Virus record (IMG/VR): IMGVR_UViG_3300023174_000045
Span: 161,081 to 225,080 of that record
Length of the DNA: 64,000 nt
Strand: one strand, 5' to 3'
Positions 14,313-22,737 of the stretch are shown here, piece by piece. A program made the position numbers and the translations under genes. Within the stretch, counting starts at the first letter, position 1. Each line of letters opens with the position of its first letter. Under the pieces are notes generated by a model. The model worked only from the letters and a program-made list of their open reading frames with translations, searched no databases and had not been told where the DNA came from.

Positions 14313-14818
14313 TGGCATTCATTGACTCCGTAAAGGAAGCGTTGCCAGACTACGCCAAGGACACCAAGTTAAATCTTGACGCTGTTCTTTTGCGTAGTAC
14401 TTTGGATGCAGATGTGGCCATGGGTTGTGCTGTGGCCGCACTGGCTGCAACTGGTAACGGTAAAATCCTATCAGTAATTTTAGCAGATGCTCCAGTACAT
14501 GCAGAGTCAGCAATGACAGCGGCTAGTATCATGGCACAGAACAATGTATGGTATCCATATGTTGAAATGGCAGATGATCCTGCATTAAAAGGTTTACCGG
14601 CAGGATTGCGCATGAATGCTATTGCGTCACATGGTGGAACTACCAAATCAAACTTTGAGGCGTTTAGCCTTGCTGCCAGCATTGTGGGCAAGTGTCACTT
14701 CTGTGTGAAAGCACACTACGAAACGCTCAAGCAAGAAGGTTACACAGTTGAACAGCTTCGTGACATTGGAAGAATTGCAGCCGTAATGAATTCGGTTGCC
14801 AAAGTTTTAAACGCTTGA
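14312..14818 (+). CDS. ahpD: Alkyl hydroperoxide reductase AhpD
   Basis: LPDYAKDTKLNL, MAQNNVWY, CHFCVKAH. Confidence 0.93.
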   Translation: MAFIDSVKEALPDYAKDTKLNLDAVLLRSTLDADVAMGCAVAALAATGNGKILSVILADAPVHAESAMTAASIMAQNNVWYPYVEMADDPALKGLPAGLRMNAIASHGGTTKSNFEAFSLAASIVGKCHFCVKAHYETLKQEGYTVEQLRDIGRIAAVMNSVAKVLNA

Positions 14819-14820
14819 TC

Positions 14821-14875
14821 AAAAGGGTCCAATGGGCCCTTTTTCATTGACACACAATGGATTCTTTGTTATACT
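14821..14875 (+). terminator. Terminator followed by a sigma70 promoter
   Basis: AAAAGGGTCC-aat-GGGCCCTTTT; TTGACA-17-TATACT at 14847-14875. Confidence 0.7.
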
Positions 14876-14900
14876 GTATGCCAAGGATGTAAATAACAGT

Positions 14901-15083
14901 ATGACTGAACAAACTGAACCTAAAAAATTTACCGATACGTTGAAAGACGCATTAGCCAAAAAACACGCGGCTGCTCATCCTGATGCCAAAACCAAAACAG
15001 GCAAAAGTGGCAAAACCAAAAAATCTGGCACTCCTGTGGTAGCAGGGAGACCTGTGCAACGAGCAGTGGGACGTGGTGGATGA
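14901..15083 (+). CDS. Small Lys-rich protein
   Basis: ATG after TAAATA; ATGA overlap with next gene. Confidence 0.7.
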   Translation: MTEQTEPKKFTDTLKDALAKKHAAAHPDAKTKTGKSGKTKKSGTPVVAGRPVQRAVGRGG

Positions 15084-15376
15084 GCAACGAATTAGCCCGA
15101 TTTGTCAACAGCCGACGGCGACACAAAACTGATGTGGCTGTGGCCAGGCAAGTCAAGATTGCTCGAGCACACAATAGTACTTCAGATGTTAAGCAACCAC
15201 ATCGACTTGCAAAACGTCATGCCATGGACTGTGGTAACCCGCAATGTTACTTGTGTGGCAACCCACGCAAGACACACAAAGACAAACTGACACAACAAGA
15301 AAAACGCTTGTTCCAAGACTTGGAACAACAAACAGATCGACATTCAAACGGATTATCAACCAAGGAAGAACCATGA
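15080..15376 (+). CDS. Basic protein with CxxxxCxxC motif
   Basis: DCGNPQCYLCGNPRK. Confidence 0.75.
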   Translation: MSNELARFVNSRRRHKTDVAVARQVKIARAHNSTSDVKQPHRLAKRHAMDCGNPQCYLCGNPRKTHKDKLTQQEKRLFQDLEQQTDRHSNGLSTKEEP

Positions 15377-15639
15377 AGCACCCAGCAGACAGAACAGCCG
15401 GCCTCAACTCAGAACTAGCAGTGGAGATGATTGGCAACAGATACAATTTGATCCTAGCTGGCGCCCGCCGCATGAGAGAACTCAGTCGTGGTGACTTGCC
15501 TAAAATCACACTTAAATTTCCACACAGTGCAGGCGTCACAGCCATGCTGGAAATTGAAGCTGGCAAGATTGGCAAGGATTATATCTATCGTGAAACAGAA
15601 GTTCAACCACGACGCCGCAACAAGCAACAACCCTTGTAA
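15373..15639 (+). CDS. rpoZ: RNA polymerase omega subunit homologue
   Basis: AVEMIGNRYNLILAGARRMREL...VTAMLEIEAGKI aligns with E. coli [22 protein letters not shown]...VIALREIEEGLI. Confidence 0.85.
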   Translation: MKHPADRTAGLNSELAVEMIGNRYNLILAGARRMRELSRGDLPKITLKFPHSAGVTAMLEIEAGKIGKDYIYRETEVQPRRRNKQQPL

Positions 15640-15641
15640 CA

Positions 15642-16106
15642 GTGGATGAAAAGAACAGCGCCCGGGGACGTGACAGTTTTGATTCGGAAACTGGCAACAC
15701 CTTGGTGCATTTTTTTAACCGCAATGTCATGCCATATCCCACTGAAGCTGGTGGGCACAAATTTGACCTTGTACCGGTTCAAAATCAAAAAGACCTCATG
15801 GTCAATGCGGCACGTATGCATGCTCAACAAGAGTATGATCGCATTATGGAACTGGTGGCAGTGTTGCAACGCCAAGCTGAGGACATACAACACCGTTTGA
15901 ACATAACCGATCAGGTTCGTGAGGCAAAATACGAATTCCAAACTTACCATGGACAGATCTACTGGTTGGTTGAAGACCATCGACACAACTGCAAACGGCT
16001 AGTTCACACTGGACCTGCAGACTGGAACACTGGCCGACCTGAGGGATACGAATACATTTGCCAGGTGCAATGGCTAGGCGACTACACATGGAAAAAAGTA
16101 GAGTAA
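15642..16106 (+). CDS. Hypothetical protein (DUF2452-like)
   Basis: PYPTEAGG..F..VP, coiled coil, AKYEFQ..GQIYWL, P..W. Confidence 0.65.
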   Translation: MDEKNSARGRDSFDSETGNTLVHFFNRNVMPYPTEAGGHKFDLVPVQNQKDLMVNAARMHAQQEYDRIMELVAVLQRQAEDIQHRLNITDQVREAKYEFQTYHGQIYWLVEDHRHNCKRLVHTGPADWNTGRPEGYEYICQVQWLGDYTWKKVE

Positions 16107-16113
16107 ATAATTT

Positions 16114-16677
16114 ATGTTTTATAAATTTGTTGACCTACCAAATTTGTCACAGATTCAGTCTGACGTTTTGAATTTTGTAAATTCCGCAGAATATGCTTTG
16201 GAAGAAAATGAAGCTCATAGCATTAGATTTGCTCATACTTGGCAGCATGTTCAAAGTGTGGTTGATGCAGTTGAAACTATTTGTTCTTGGCAACATGTAA
16301 AATACATTGCATTTGCCACCACTCAAGCAAGAACATTTGGTACAACACCGCATAGAGATTCTGTCACAGATGATACAGAATATCCTTGGGCACTGAATAT
16401 TCCCATAGCAAATTGGAATCAGACCTATGTGAATTTTTACAGCGCTCAGAATACAACTGGCGCCACAGTGACATTTGGTCGTGATCAATATCAATATCCA
16501 GCAACACTGTTTGATCCTTCCCAAGTAAAACTTGAAGAAACAGTTTGTCTTGACCGGCCAGCATTTTTTAACACCAGAGAAATACATTCACCTGTTAACT
16601 ATACATCAAAAGCCAGACACATAATCAGTGTGAGATTTCACGTTGATTTGCGAAAATACAATTTGGGATTGGTGTAG
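16114..16677 (+). CDS. Cupin / 2OG-Fe(II) oxygenase-like protein
   Basis: PHRD, WALNIP, PAFFNT..IHS, RHIISVRF. Confidence 0.6.
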   Translation: MFYKFVDLPNLSQIQSDVLNFVNSAEYALEENEAHSIRFAHTWQHVQSVVDAVETICSWQHVKYIAFATTQARTFGTTPHRDSVTDDTEYPWALNIPIANWNQTYVNFYSAQNTTGATVTFGRDQYQYPATLFDPSQVKLEETVCLDRPAFFNTREIHSPVNYTSKARHIISVRFHVDLRKYNLGLV

Positions 16678-16720
16678 TACTTTGGTAGTACTTGACCAAT
16701 AATTGCCAAACTGTTATAAT
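16674..16720 (+). promoter_or_regulatory. Palindromic operator plus early promoter
   Basis: GTAGTACT-tt-GGTAGTAC abutting TTGACC-17-TATAAT. Confidence 0.8.
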
Positions 16721-16726
16721 TTGAGA

Positions 16727-16960
16727 ATGTATAAAATAATAAGCAAAAATGGGTTACCACTGAATTCGTGTCCAACACTGGACGAAGCCATGGCATTTGC
16801 CAAAATTGTAGGTGCATTTGTGACTATACGTGGGCCAGGATTTGAAGTATGCGGGCGCTTTGGCGTTGATGCAGTGCAGGATGGGCTTTGCCCAGATGGT
16901 GTTGCATATGACTGGAACAAAGCAAGTCGCATTGGACGAGTAAAACGAGAACGAACATAA
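16727..16960 (+). CDS. Hypothetical protein (leaderless)
   Basis: ATG 6 nt after the -10 box. Confidence 0.75.
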   Translation: MYKIISKNGLPLNSCPTLDEAMAFAKIVGAFVTIRGPGFEVCGRFGVDAVQDGLCPDGVAYDWNKASRIGRVKRERT

Positions 16961-16970
16961 GGAGCATGAC

Positions 16971-17537
16971 ATGCCAGCAGTATTTTTAGTCAGTGACACA
17001 CACTTTGGTCACGCTGGTGTGTGCCGCTTCACTCACCCTGATGACGCCACTGTGAAGTTGCGTCCCTGGGACAACCCTGACGACATGGATGAAGAAATGA
17101 TCCGTCGCTGGAACGATCGTGTGCGTCCCTCAGACAAGGTGTATCACTTGGGCGATGTAGTAATCAACCGCAAGGCATTGAGCACCTTGGCCAGGTTGAA
17201 CGGGGACAAAGTATTGATCCGTGGCAATCATGACATTTTCCGTGATGACGAATACAGACAGTACTTTCGTGAGTTGCGAGCATACCATGTCATGAACGGA
17301 ATGATATTGAGTCATATCCCAATTCACTCAGAATCGTTGGGTCGATTTGGCACCAACATTCACGGACACTTGCACGCCAGTCGTGTAAAGATCAACGGTG
17401 AAGTTGACGTACGGTATCATTGTGTGTGCGTGGAGCAGACTGACTTTGCACCTATCTTGTTGGATGATGTGTACAAACGCATTGAGGCAGAAGGTGGTAG
17501 CATTGGCTTCCGCAATGGCAACGGTCCCGCAATGTAA
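16971..17537 (+). CDS. Calcineurin-like metallophosphoesterase
   Basis: SDTHFGH, HLGD, GNHD, SHIP, HGHLH. Confidence 0.92.
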   Translation: MPAVFLVSDTHFGHAGVCRFTHPDDATVKLRPWDNPDDMDEEMIRRWNDRVRPSDKVYHLGDVVINRKALSTLARLNGDKVLIRGNHDIFRDDEYRQYFRELRAYHVMNGMILSHIPIHSESLGRFGTNIHGHLHASRVKINGEVDVRYHCVCVEQTDFAPILLDDVYKRIEAEGGSIGFRNGNGPAM

Positions 17538-17612
17538 TACTTGAGTATTACTTTTTAAAACCCTGCCCTGTGCAGGGTTTTTCTTGACCAATAATTGCCA
17601 AAATGCTATAAT
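17534..17612 (+). promoter_or_regulatory. Operator, terminator hairpin and early promoter
   Basis: GTAATACT-tg-AGTATTAC; AAAACCCTGC/GCAGGGTTTT; TTGACC-17-TATAAT. Confidence 0.8.
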
Positions 17613-17643
17613 ATGGACATATTGTAACAACAAGGAGCCAGCA

Positions 17644-17871
17644 ATGAAATCGATCAAAGAACAGTTTCCCGGCATCATGGTCCTGGACACAGAGCCTGTC
17701 ATGGTTGAGAATTTTTTCAGCGGTGAGACTTGTGTGCTCTCCCCTGATGAGGTTGCAGTGTACGATTACCTCAAAGGCTGTGAGCTTGTGGGTGACTACA
17801 AAATGCTACAAAAAGCCCTGGACTGGTTCCGTGAGCACAATGCAGAAGCATACATGACCCTGCTGGACTAA
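17644..17871 (+). CDS. Hypothetical early protein
   Basis: AAGGAG RBS; ends AYMTLLD. Confidence 0.8.
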   Translation: MKSIKEQFPGIMVLDTEPVMVENFFSGETCVLSPDEVAVYDYLKGCELVGDYKMLQKALDWFREHNAEAYMTLLD

Positions 17872-17872
17872 T

Positions 17873-17919
17873 GTAATACTTAGGTAGTACTTGACCAGAA
17901 ATTCCCAATTTGCTATAAT
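17873..17919 (+). promoter_or_regulatory. Operator plus early promoter
   Basis: GTAATACT-ta-GGTAGTAC, TTGACC-17-TATAAT. Confidence 0.8.
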
Positions 17920-17950
17920 ATAGGCATAGTTTAACAAAAAGGAGCCGGTA

Positions 17951-18136
17951 ATGAAGATCACAATTTCTGTTCCAAAATCTGCTGTCAAAGCAGTCAAAGA
18001 GTATGCCAAAGAGATCAATGGCAAGGCTCCCTCCAAAGAAGAACTGGCCAAGTTCTTTGCCCAGGACATCCAGGGCTTGTACGGCGACACTTTTGACGAA
18101 GGTATTGAAGACGCTGTTGAATGCTATTTCGGTTGA
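17951..18136 (+). CDS. Hypothetical early protein
   Basis: AAGGAG RBS. Confidence 0.75.
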   Translation: MKITISVPKSAVKAVKEYAKEINGKAPSKEELAKFFAQDIQGLYGDTFDEGIEDAVECYFG

Positions 18137-18161
18137 CCAATAATTGCCAAACTGTTATAAT
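18133..18161 (+). promoter_or_regulatory. Early promoter
   Basis: TTGACCAATAATTGCCAAACTGTTATAAT, identical to 16692-16720. Confidence 0.8.
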
Positions 18162-18191
18162 AGTCACATACAAAGCAAAAAGGAGCCAGTG

Positions 18192-18464
18192 ATGAGAAAA
18201 GCGTTTGAAGGACTTACTACCAAAGAAATCCGTGAAGTGGGCATGTACGGTTGCACAGAAGCGCAGATGCGTGAAGCAGTGGAATCCAGTAGCACTTTCC
18301 GTTTTTCAGGACCTGCTATGGTTGTGGCGTCAATGATGAGTGATGCACAGGAAATGATGGCATACGAACAGCCTGACTTCAACACCATCGAAGATCAGCG
18401 CCAACTGCTGAACCGTGCAAAATTTGTTTTATTCACTTACATCATGGACCGGGAGACAGCATAA
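18192..18464 (+). CDS. Hypothetical early protein
   Basis: AAGGAG RBS. Confidence 0.75.
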   Translation: MRKAFEGLTTKEIREVGMYGCTEAQMREAVESSSTFRFSGPAMVVASMMSDAQEMMAYEQPDFNTIEDQRQLLNRAKFVLFTYIMDRETA

Positions 18465-18727
18465 TGAAAATTCTAATTTGGAAAAGCCACGGTGACATCC
18501 GTGTTTATGATGTTTCTACTCCTGACAAACTACGTGCTCAGATTGAAGATGCCATTGATTGTCTAGATGGGTGGGGATTGGAAAAGGAAGTTGAATTGCT
18601 TCAAAAGCATATTGAAAAACATCCTAATGACCTTGTGGAATTGAGCCGAGCAGTTAACCAAATCATGATGGCAGTTGGAGACGAGGAAGAGATGTTTGAA
18701 CAATTTTATATTGGGGAATTAGAATGA
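18464..18727 (+). CDS. Hypothetical protein
   Basis: Coupled start/stop. Confidence 0.7.
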   Translation: MKILIWKSHGDIRVYDVSTPDKLRAQIEDAIDCLDGWGLEKEVELLQKHIEKHPNDLVELSRAVNQIMMAVGDEEEMFEQFYIGELE

Positions 18728-18918
18728 GCGAGAAGTTAGCACAGGCTGAGGCCAGATTCGACGAACTGGTTGATGCTGTTCAAGCATTGTCCAAAAAGAT
18801 GACTGAGTTTCGTAGACTTTATGAGCCCGAGTGTGTGGACTTCAATCAGATCAATGAATTGTTATACGACATGCTGGGCGAAATTGATGACCAATTGATT
18901 GAGGAGAATTTTGAATGA
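18724..18918 (+). CDS. Hypothetical acidic protein
   Basis: ATGA overlap. Confidence 0.7.
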   Translation: MSEKLAQAEARFDELVDAVQALSKKMTEFRRLYEPECVDFNQINELLYDMLGEIDDQLIEENFE

Positions 18919-19130
18919 CACAGGATGTGATTGGTCGTGAGATCACCGTGGGTTCGGCAGTGTTTTACAACGGTGTCTTGTACAAGGTCACCAAGACCAA
19001 AGGCCACATGATTGGCATGAACTACCTGCGTGGGCACTACCAACTGGTCAGGGACAAAACCAAGCCTGGAAGAGAATGTTGCATTGTTGAAGGCCCGGCA
19101 CTGACAGCATATTTGTTGGCCAAACAATAA
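18915..19130 (+). CDS. Hypothetical protein
   Basis: ATGA overlap, GAGGAG RBS. Confidence 0.7.
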   Translation: MTQDVIGREITVGSAVFYNGVLYKVTKTKGHMIGMNYLRGHYQLVRDKTKPGRECCIVEGPALTAYLLAKQ

Positions 19131-19141
19131 AGGAAACCAAG

Positions 19142-19318
19142 ATGAGCATGAGCGACATCAGCATTGACATTCAGAACATGTTGGAAGACGGCGACCACCC
19201 CACAGTGATTGCTAGGGTGTTGGGCGTTCCATTGGCTTGGGTGTACAACACCCTGGAACAAATGGATCCTGACACCATTGAAGAAGACCGTTGCAGACTT
19301 GCAACAGGCTACAATTGA
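19142..19318 (+). CDS. Small HTH-like protein (58 aa, not in ORF track)
   Basis: AAGGA RBS; MLEDGDHPTVIARVLGVPLAWVY. Confidence 0.65.
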   Translation: MSMSDISIDIQNMLEDGDHPTVIARVLGVPLAWVYNTLEQMDPDTIEEDRCRLATGYN

Positions 19319-19384
19319 CCACAAATTCAACTTCAGCTACAATAACGACTTAACTTATTTTTAACCCCCGAAAGGAAACAGCCC

Positions 19385-20476
19385 ATGTCAGCAGTATCAG
19401 ATGCACGTACAGTAACCAGTGCCCAAGTTCGCAAATCAATCATGCATGCGTTTAAGAAAAAGCGCCCTATGTTTTTGTGGGGTCCTCCCGGCATCGGCAA
19501 GAGCGAAGTTGTGGCTGGCATCACCGAAGAACTTGGTGGCTTGATGATTGACTTGCGCCTGGGTCAAATGGAGCCCACAGACATTCGTGGTATTCCGTTT
19601 TACAACAAAGACATCGGCAAGATGGATTGGGCTCCTCCTGTGGAGATGCCCGATGAAGAAACTGCCAGCCAGTACCCTGTGGTGGTGTTGTTCTTGGACG
19701 AGATGAACTCGGCTCCAGCGTCAGTGCAAAGTGCCGCATATCAGTTGATTTTGAATCGACGCATTGGCAAGTATCGACTGCCTGACAATGTGGTAATGGT
19801 TGCTGCCGGTAACCGTGAGAGTGACAAAGGTGTCACATTCCGCATGCCTACTCCACTGGCAAATCGTTTTGTTCACCAAGAAATGCGTGTGGACTTTGCA
19901 TCTTGGCAAGAGTGGGCTGTTAAAAACAACATCCACAAGGACGTGGTGGGTTACTTGAGTTTTGCCAAGCAAGACTTGTATGATTTTGATGCCAAGTCCA
20001 GTTCACGTGCGTTTGCTACACCACGCTCATGGAGTTTTGTGAGTGAGTTGTTGGCAGATGAATGTGATGAGGACACAGAAATGAACCTGATTGCAGGTAC
20101 TGTGGGCGAGGGTCTTGCAGTTAAGTTCAAGGCTCACCGCAAAGTGTCTGGACGCATGCCACAGCCCTCGGACATCTTGAGTGGCAAGGTCACTGACTTG
20201 AATGTAAAAGAGGTGAGTGCCATGTACAGTTTGGTGATCTCCATGTGCTACGAACTCAAAGACGCCATCGAGCAAAAGAAAGTTGGCGACAAAGAGTTCC
20301 ATGAAATGTCCAACAACTTTTTGACATACATGATGAAGAACTTTGAAACTGAGCTGGTGGTGTTGGGTGCTCGTATTGCACTGACAACTTACTTGTTGCC
20401 AATGCAACCCACCAAGATCAAGTGCTTTGACGAGTTCCACAGCCGCTACGGCAAGTACATTTTGCAAGCCAACTGA
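19385..20476 (+). CDS. MoxR/dynein-related AAA+ ATPase
   Basis: GPPGIGKS, LFLDE, AAGN, PLANRF, TPRSW; promoter TTGACC-17-TACAAT at 19315-19343. Confidence 0.92.
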   Translation: MSAVSDARTVTSAQVRKSIMHAFKKKRPMFLWGPPGIGKSEVVAGITEELGGLMIDLRLGQMEPTDIRGIPFYNKDIGKMDWAPPVEMPDEETASQYPVVVLFLDEMNSAPASVQSAAYQLILNRRIGKYRLPDNVVMVAAGNRESDKGVTFRMPTPLANRFVHQEMRVDFASWQEWAVKNNIHKDVVGYLSFAKQDLYDFDAKSSSRAFATPRSWSFVSELLADECDEDTEMNLIAGTVGEGLAVKFKAHRKVSGRMPQPSDILSGKVTDLNVKEVSAMYSLVISMCYELKDAIEQKKVGDKEFHEMSNNFLTYMMKNFETELVVLGARIALTTYLLPMQPTKIKCFDEFHSRYGKYILQAN

Positions 20477-20484
20477 TTGGGGGT

Positions 20485-20527
20485 GGGTGGTGCAGTCTAC
20501 TAGGGCTGTGACTGCGCCACCCTTTTT
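20485..20527 (+). terminator. Intrinsic terminator
   Basis: GGGTGGTGCAGTC/GACTGCGCCACCC plus T5. Confidence 0.75.
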
Positions 20528-20529
20528 CT

Positions 20530-20862
20530 ATGAACTACGAAATTGTCAAATTAAATGGTCGCAATGCTTGGAGCAAGATCTATCGGTACACCATTGAGTT
20601 TCCCAAGGGTGATTACAGCAGTGGTGTGCTGGAGTTTGATCGAGCCCGACGTTGGTTCAACCGCACTTATGGTTACAGCACAGATGTCCGAACACAGAAT
20701 GAAATTGCTGAACAACTCAATGACCGAATACCAGAAAGCCATCAATCAGATGATCTAAACTTGTTGTGGGCTTACAGCACTGAGTATCGCAACTACCGAA
20801 TCTACGTGGCTTCGGACAAAGAGTTGATGTTTTTTGAACTTGCACATTCTGGCACTGCATGA
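20530..20862 (+). CDS. Hypothetical protein
   Basis: ORF coupled to next. Confidence 0.7.
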   Translation: MNYEIVKLNGRNAWSKIYRYTIEFPKGDYSSGVLEFDRARRWFNRTYGYSTDVRTQNEIAEQLNDRIPESHQSDDLNLLWAYSTEYRNYRIYVASDKELMFFELAHSGTA

Positions 20863-21098
20863 AACACTGGCGTCATGAATATCATGTCCGGGTTGATGCT
20901 GTTCCACGTATTCGTTGGTGCAGAAAGAACTTGGGAGACCATGGAGACCGTTGGGACTATTTGAGTGGCAAAAACATTGTAGTCATATACATCATGAGCG
21001 ACGAGGATGCCGCACTGTACGACAAGCATTGGAGATTTTGGAATGTCCTTAAAGGTGACCACAAAGAAGAATCTCATTATTTTTCACAATCCCGATGA
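20859..21098 (+). CDS. Hypothetical protein
   Basis: ATGA overlap. Confidence 0.6.
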   Translation: MKHWRHEYHVRVDAVPRIRWCRKNLGDHGDRWDYLSGKNIVVIYIMSDEDAALYDKHWRFWNVLKGDHKEESHYFSQSR

Positions 21099-21354
21099 GT
21101 GGGCTCAGGTACTGGACCGCTTGGAACAGGATTTTGGTTTTTCCATTCGCATGCGGCATGTGATGCGGCGTGAACTGGGTTTTACCGCACGTGACCATCG
21201 TGGGTTGGTACCTAATCGCAAACTGGGGGAAATGTGGGCCGTGCTTCAATCACAGGAAATTGAGGATGCACCAGGGCACCACTATGAACAGCAAGTGCAT
21301 TTGGACTTCTACACAGAGTACGCACAGTCATGGTTCATACTAAAGTATTTGTAA
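21043..21354 (+). CDS. Hypothetical protein
   Basis: GGAG RBS before MSLKVTTKK; RRELGFT, VHLDFY. Confidence 0.65.
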   Translation: MSLKVTTKKNLIIFHNPDEWAQVLDRLEQDFGFSIRMRHVMRRELGFTARDHRGLVPNRKLGEMWAVLQSQEIEDAPGHHYEQQVHLDFYTEYAQSWFILKYL

Positions 21355-21398
21355 TACTCAAGTACTACATTGACCATTAATTCACGATCTGCTATAAT
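21351..21398 (+). promoter_or_regulatory. Operator plus early promoter
   Basis: GTAATACT-ca-AGTACTAC, TTGACC-17-TATAAT. Confidence 0.8.
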
Positions 21399-21421
21399 AC
21401 ATGAAACAAACAAGGAATCGC

Positions 21422-22726
21422 ATGCACTATTTTAACCCTGACGTACTACATGCCACAGCAGGCACCACTGCCACAAAAGATGACGCAAAGAAATTTGCCA
21501 ACTTGATCGGTCCCATGGACATGAAACTGGATCGAGTTGTGCGTGAAAAATTGATTTCAGCCCGTGTGGGTTTGTTGCTGAAAGCAAGTTTTTTTGGCAA
21601 CCTTGCAACACGTTTGAAACTGGTCAATGCTGATGAGTGGTGTCCCACTGCCGCAACAGACGGACGCAATTTTTACTACAACACTCGCTTCATTGAGATG
21701 TTGCGCCCCAAAGAAATTGAGTTTTTGTTTGGACATGAAGTGTTGCATTGTGTATATGATCACTTTGGACGCCGCGGTGATCGTGACCCACAGTTGTGGA
21801 ACATTGCCAATGATTATTGTGTGAATGGTGACTTGGTAAAGCACAATGTGGGTGAGAAGATCACTAGTGTGCCGTGTTTGTATGACCGCAAGTATGACGG
21901 CATGAGCTCGGAAGAAGTGTACGATGCCTTGTACGAAAATGCTGAAAAGATTGACATTGGCAAATTGCTGGATCAAATGATTGACGAGCACTTGGACGGT
22001 GATGGCGAAGGTGACGGCGACGAGGACGGTGAAGGCAAGGGTCGTCCCAAGTTGAGCGCTGAAGAAAAACAGGCCATCAAGGACGAGATCAAAGAAGCCA
22101 TGTTGGCGGCTGCCGCTACTGTGGACGGTGCTGGTAACTTGCCCGCAGGTGTCAAGCGACTGATCCAACAGCTGACAGAACCCCAGATGAACTGGCGTGA
22201 GATCTTGCGCATGAACTTGGAGAGCACCATCAAAGCCGACTACACCTGGATGCGGGCCAGCCGCAAAGGTTGGCACATGGATGCAGTCATGCCCGGCCAA
22301 AAGCCCGATGAAATGATTGACATTGCAGTGATGTTGGATGCATCTGGTTCAATCTCGGAATCCATGCTCAAGGACTTCTTGAGTGAAATCCAAGGCATCA
22401 TGGACTCGTTCCCTGCATACAAGATTCATGTTGTGACATTTGATACCGAAGCATACAATCCTGCACAATATGACTCGGACAATCTTGACAGCATGATTGA
22501 CTATGAAGTGTCCGGTGGTGGTGGTACTGATTTTGATTGTATCTTCACCTACTTGAAGGAAGAGGAAATCACACCACGCCGACTCATCGTGTTCACAGAC
22601 GGCTACCCGTTTGGTTCATGGGGTGACGCCGAATACTGCGACACCACCTGGATATTGCATGGTACCACAACCATTGTTCCACCCTGGGGCACACATGCCT
22701 ACTACGACGAGAACAAGGAAGATTGA
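21422..22726 (+). CDS. Metallopeptidase-like / vWA domain protein (DUF2201 type), AAA partner
   Basis: TAATDG, HEVLH, DASGS, GGGGTDF, FTDG. Confidence 0.9.
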   Translation: MHYFNPDVLHATAGTTATKDDAKKFANLIGPMDMKLDRVVREKLISARVGLLLKASFFGNLATRLKLVNADEWCPTAATDGRNFYYNTRFIEMLRPKEIEFLFGHEVLHCVYDHFGRRGDRDPQLWNIANDYCVNGDLVKHNVGEKITSVPCLYDRKYDGMSSEEVYDALYENAEKIDIGKLLDQMIDEHLDGDGEGDGDEDGEGKGRPKLSAEEKQAIKDEIKEAMLAAAATVDGAGNLPAGVKRLIQQLTEPQMNWREILRMNLESTIKADYTWMRASRKGWHMDAVMPGQKPDEMIDIAVMLDASGSISESMLKDFLSEIQGIMDSFPAYKIHVVTFDTEAYNPAQYDSDNLDSMIDYEVSGGGGTDFDCIFTYLKEEEITPRRLIVFTDGYPFGSWGDAEYCDTTWILHGTTTIVPPWGTHAYYDENKED

Positions 22727-22737
22727 GGAGTGCCGGA

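Noticed and set aside
13728-21421. ORF-track upstream starts at 13728, 15244, 16703, 17584, 18144 and 21401
   Set aside because: They begin within promoters or upstream genes; downstream ATGs with an RBS or leaderless geometry fit better
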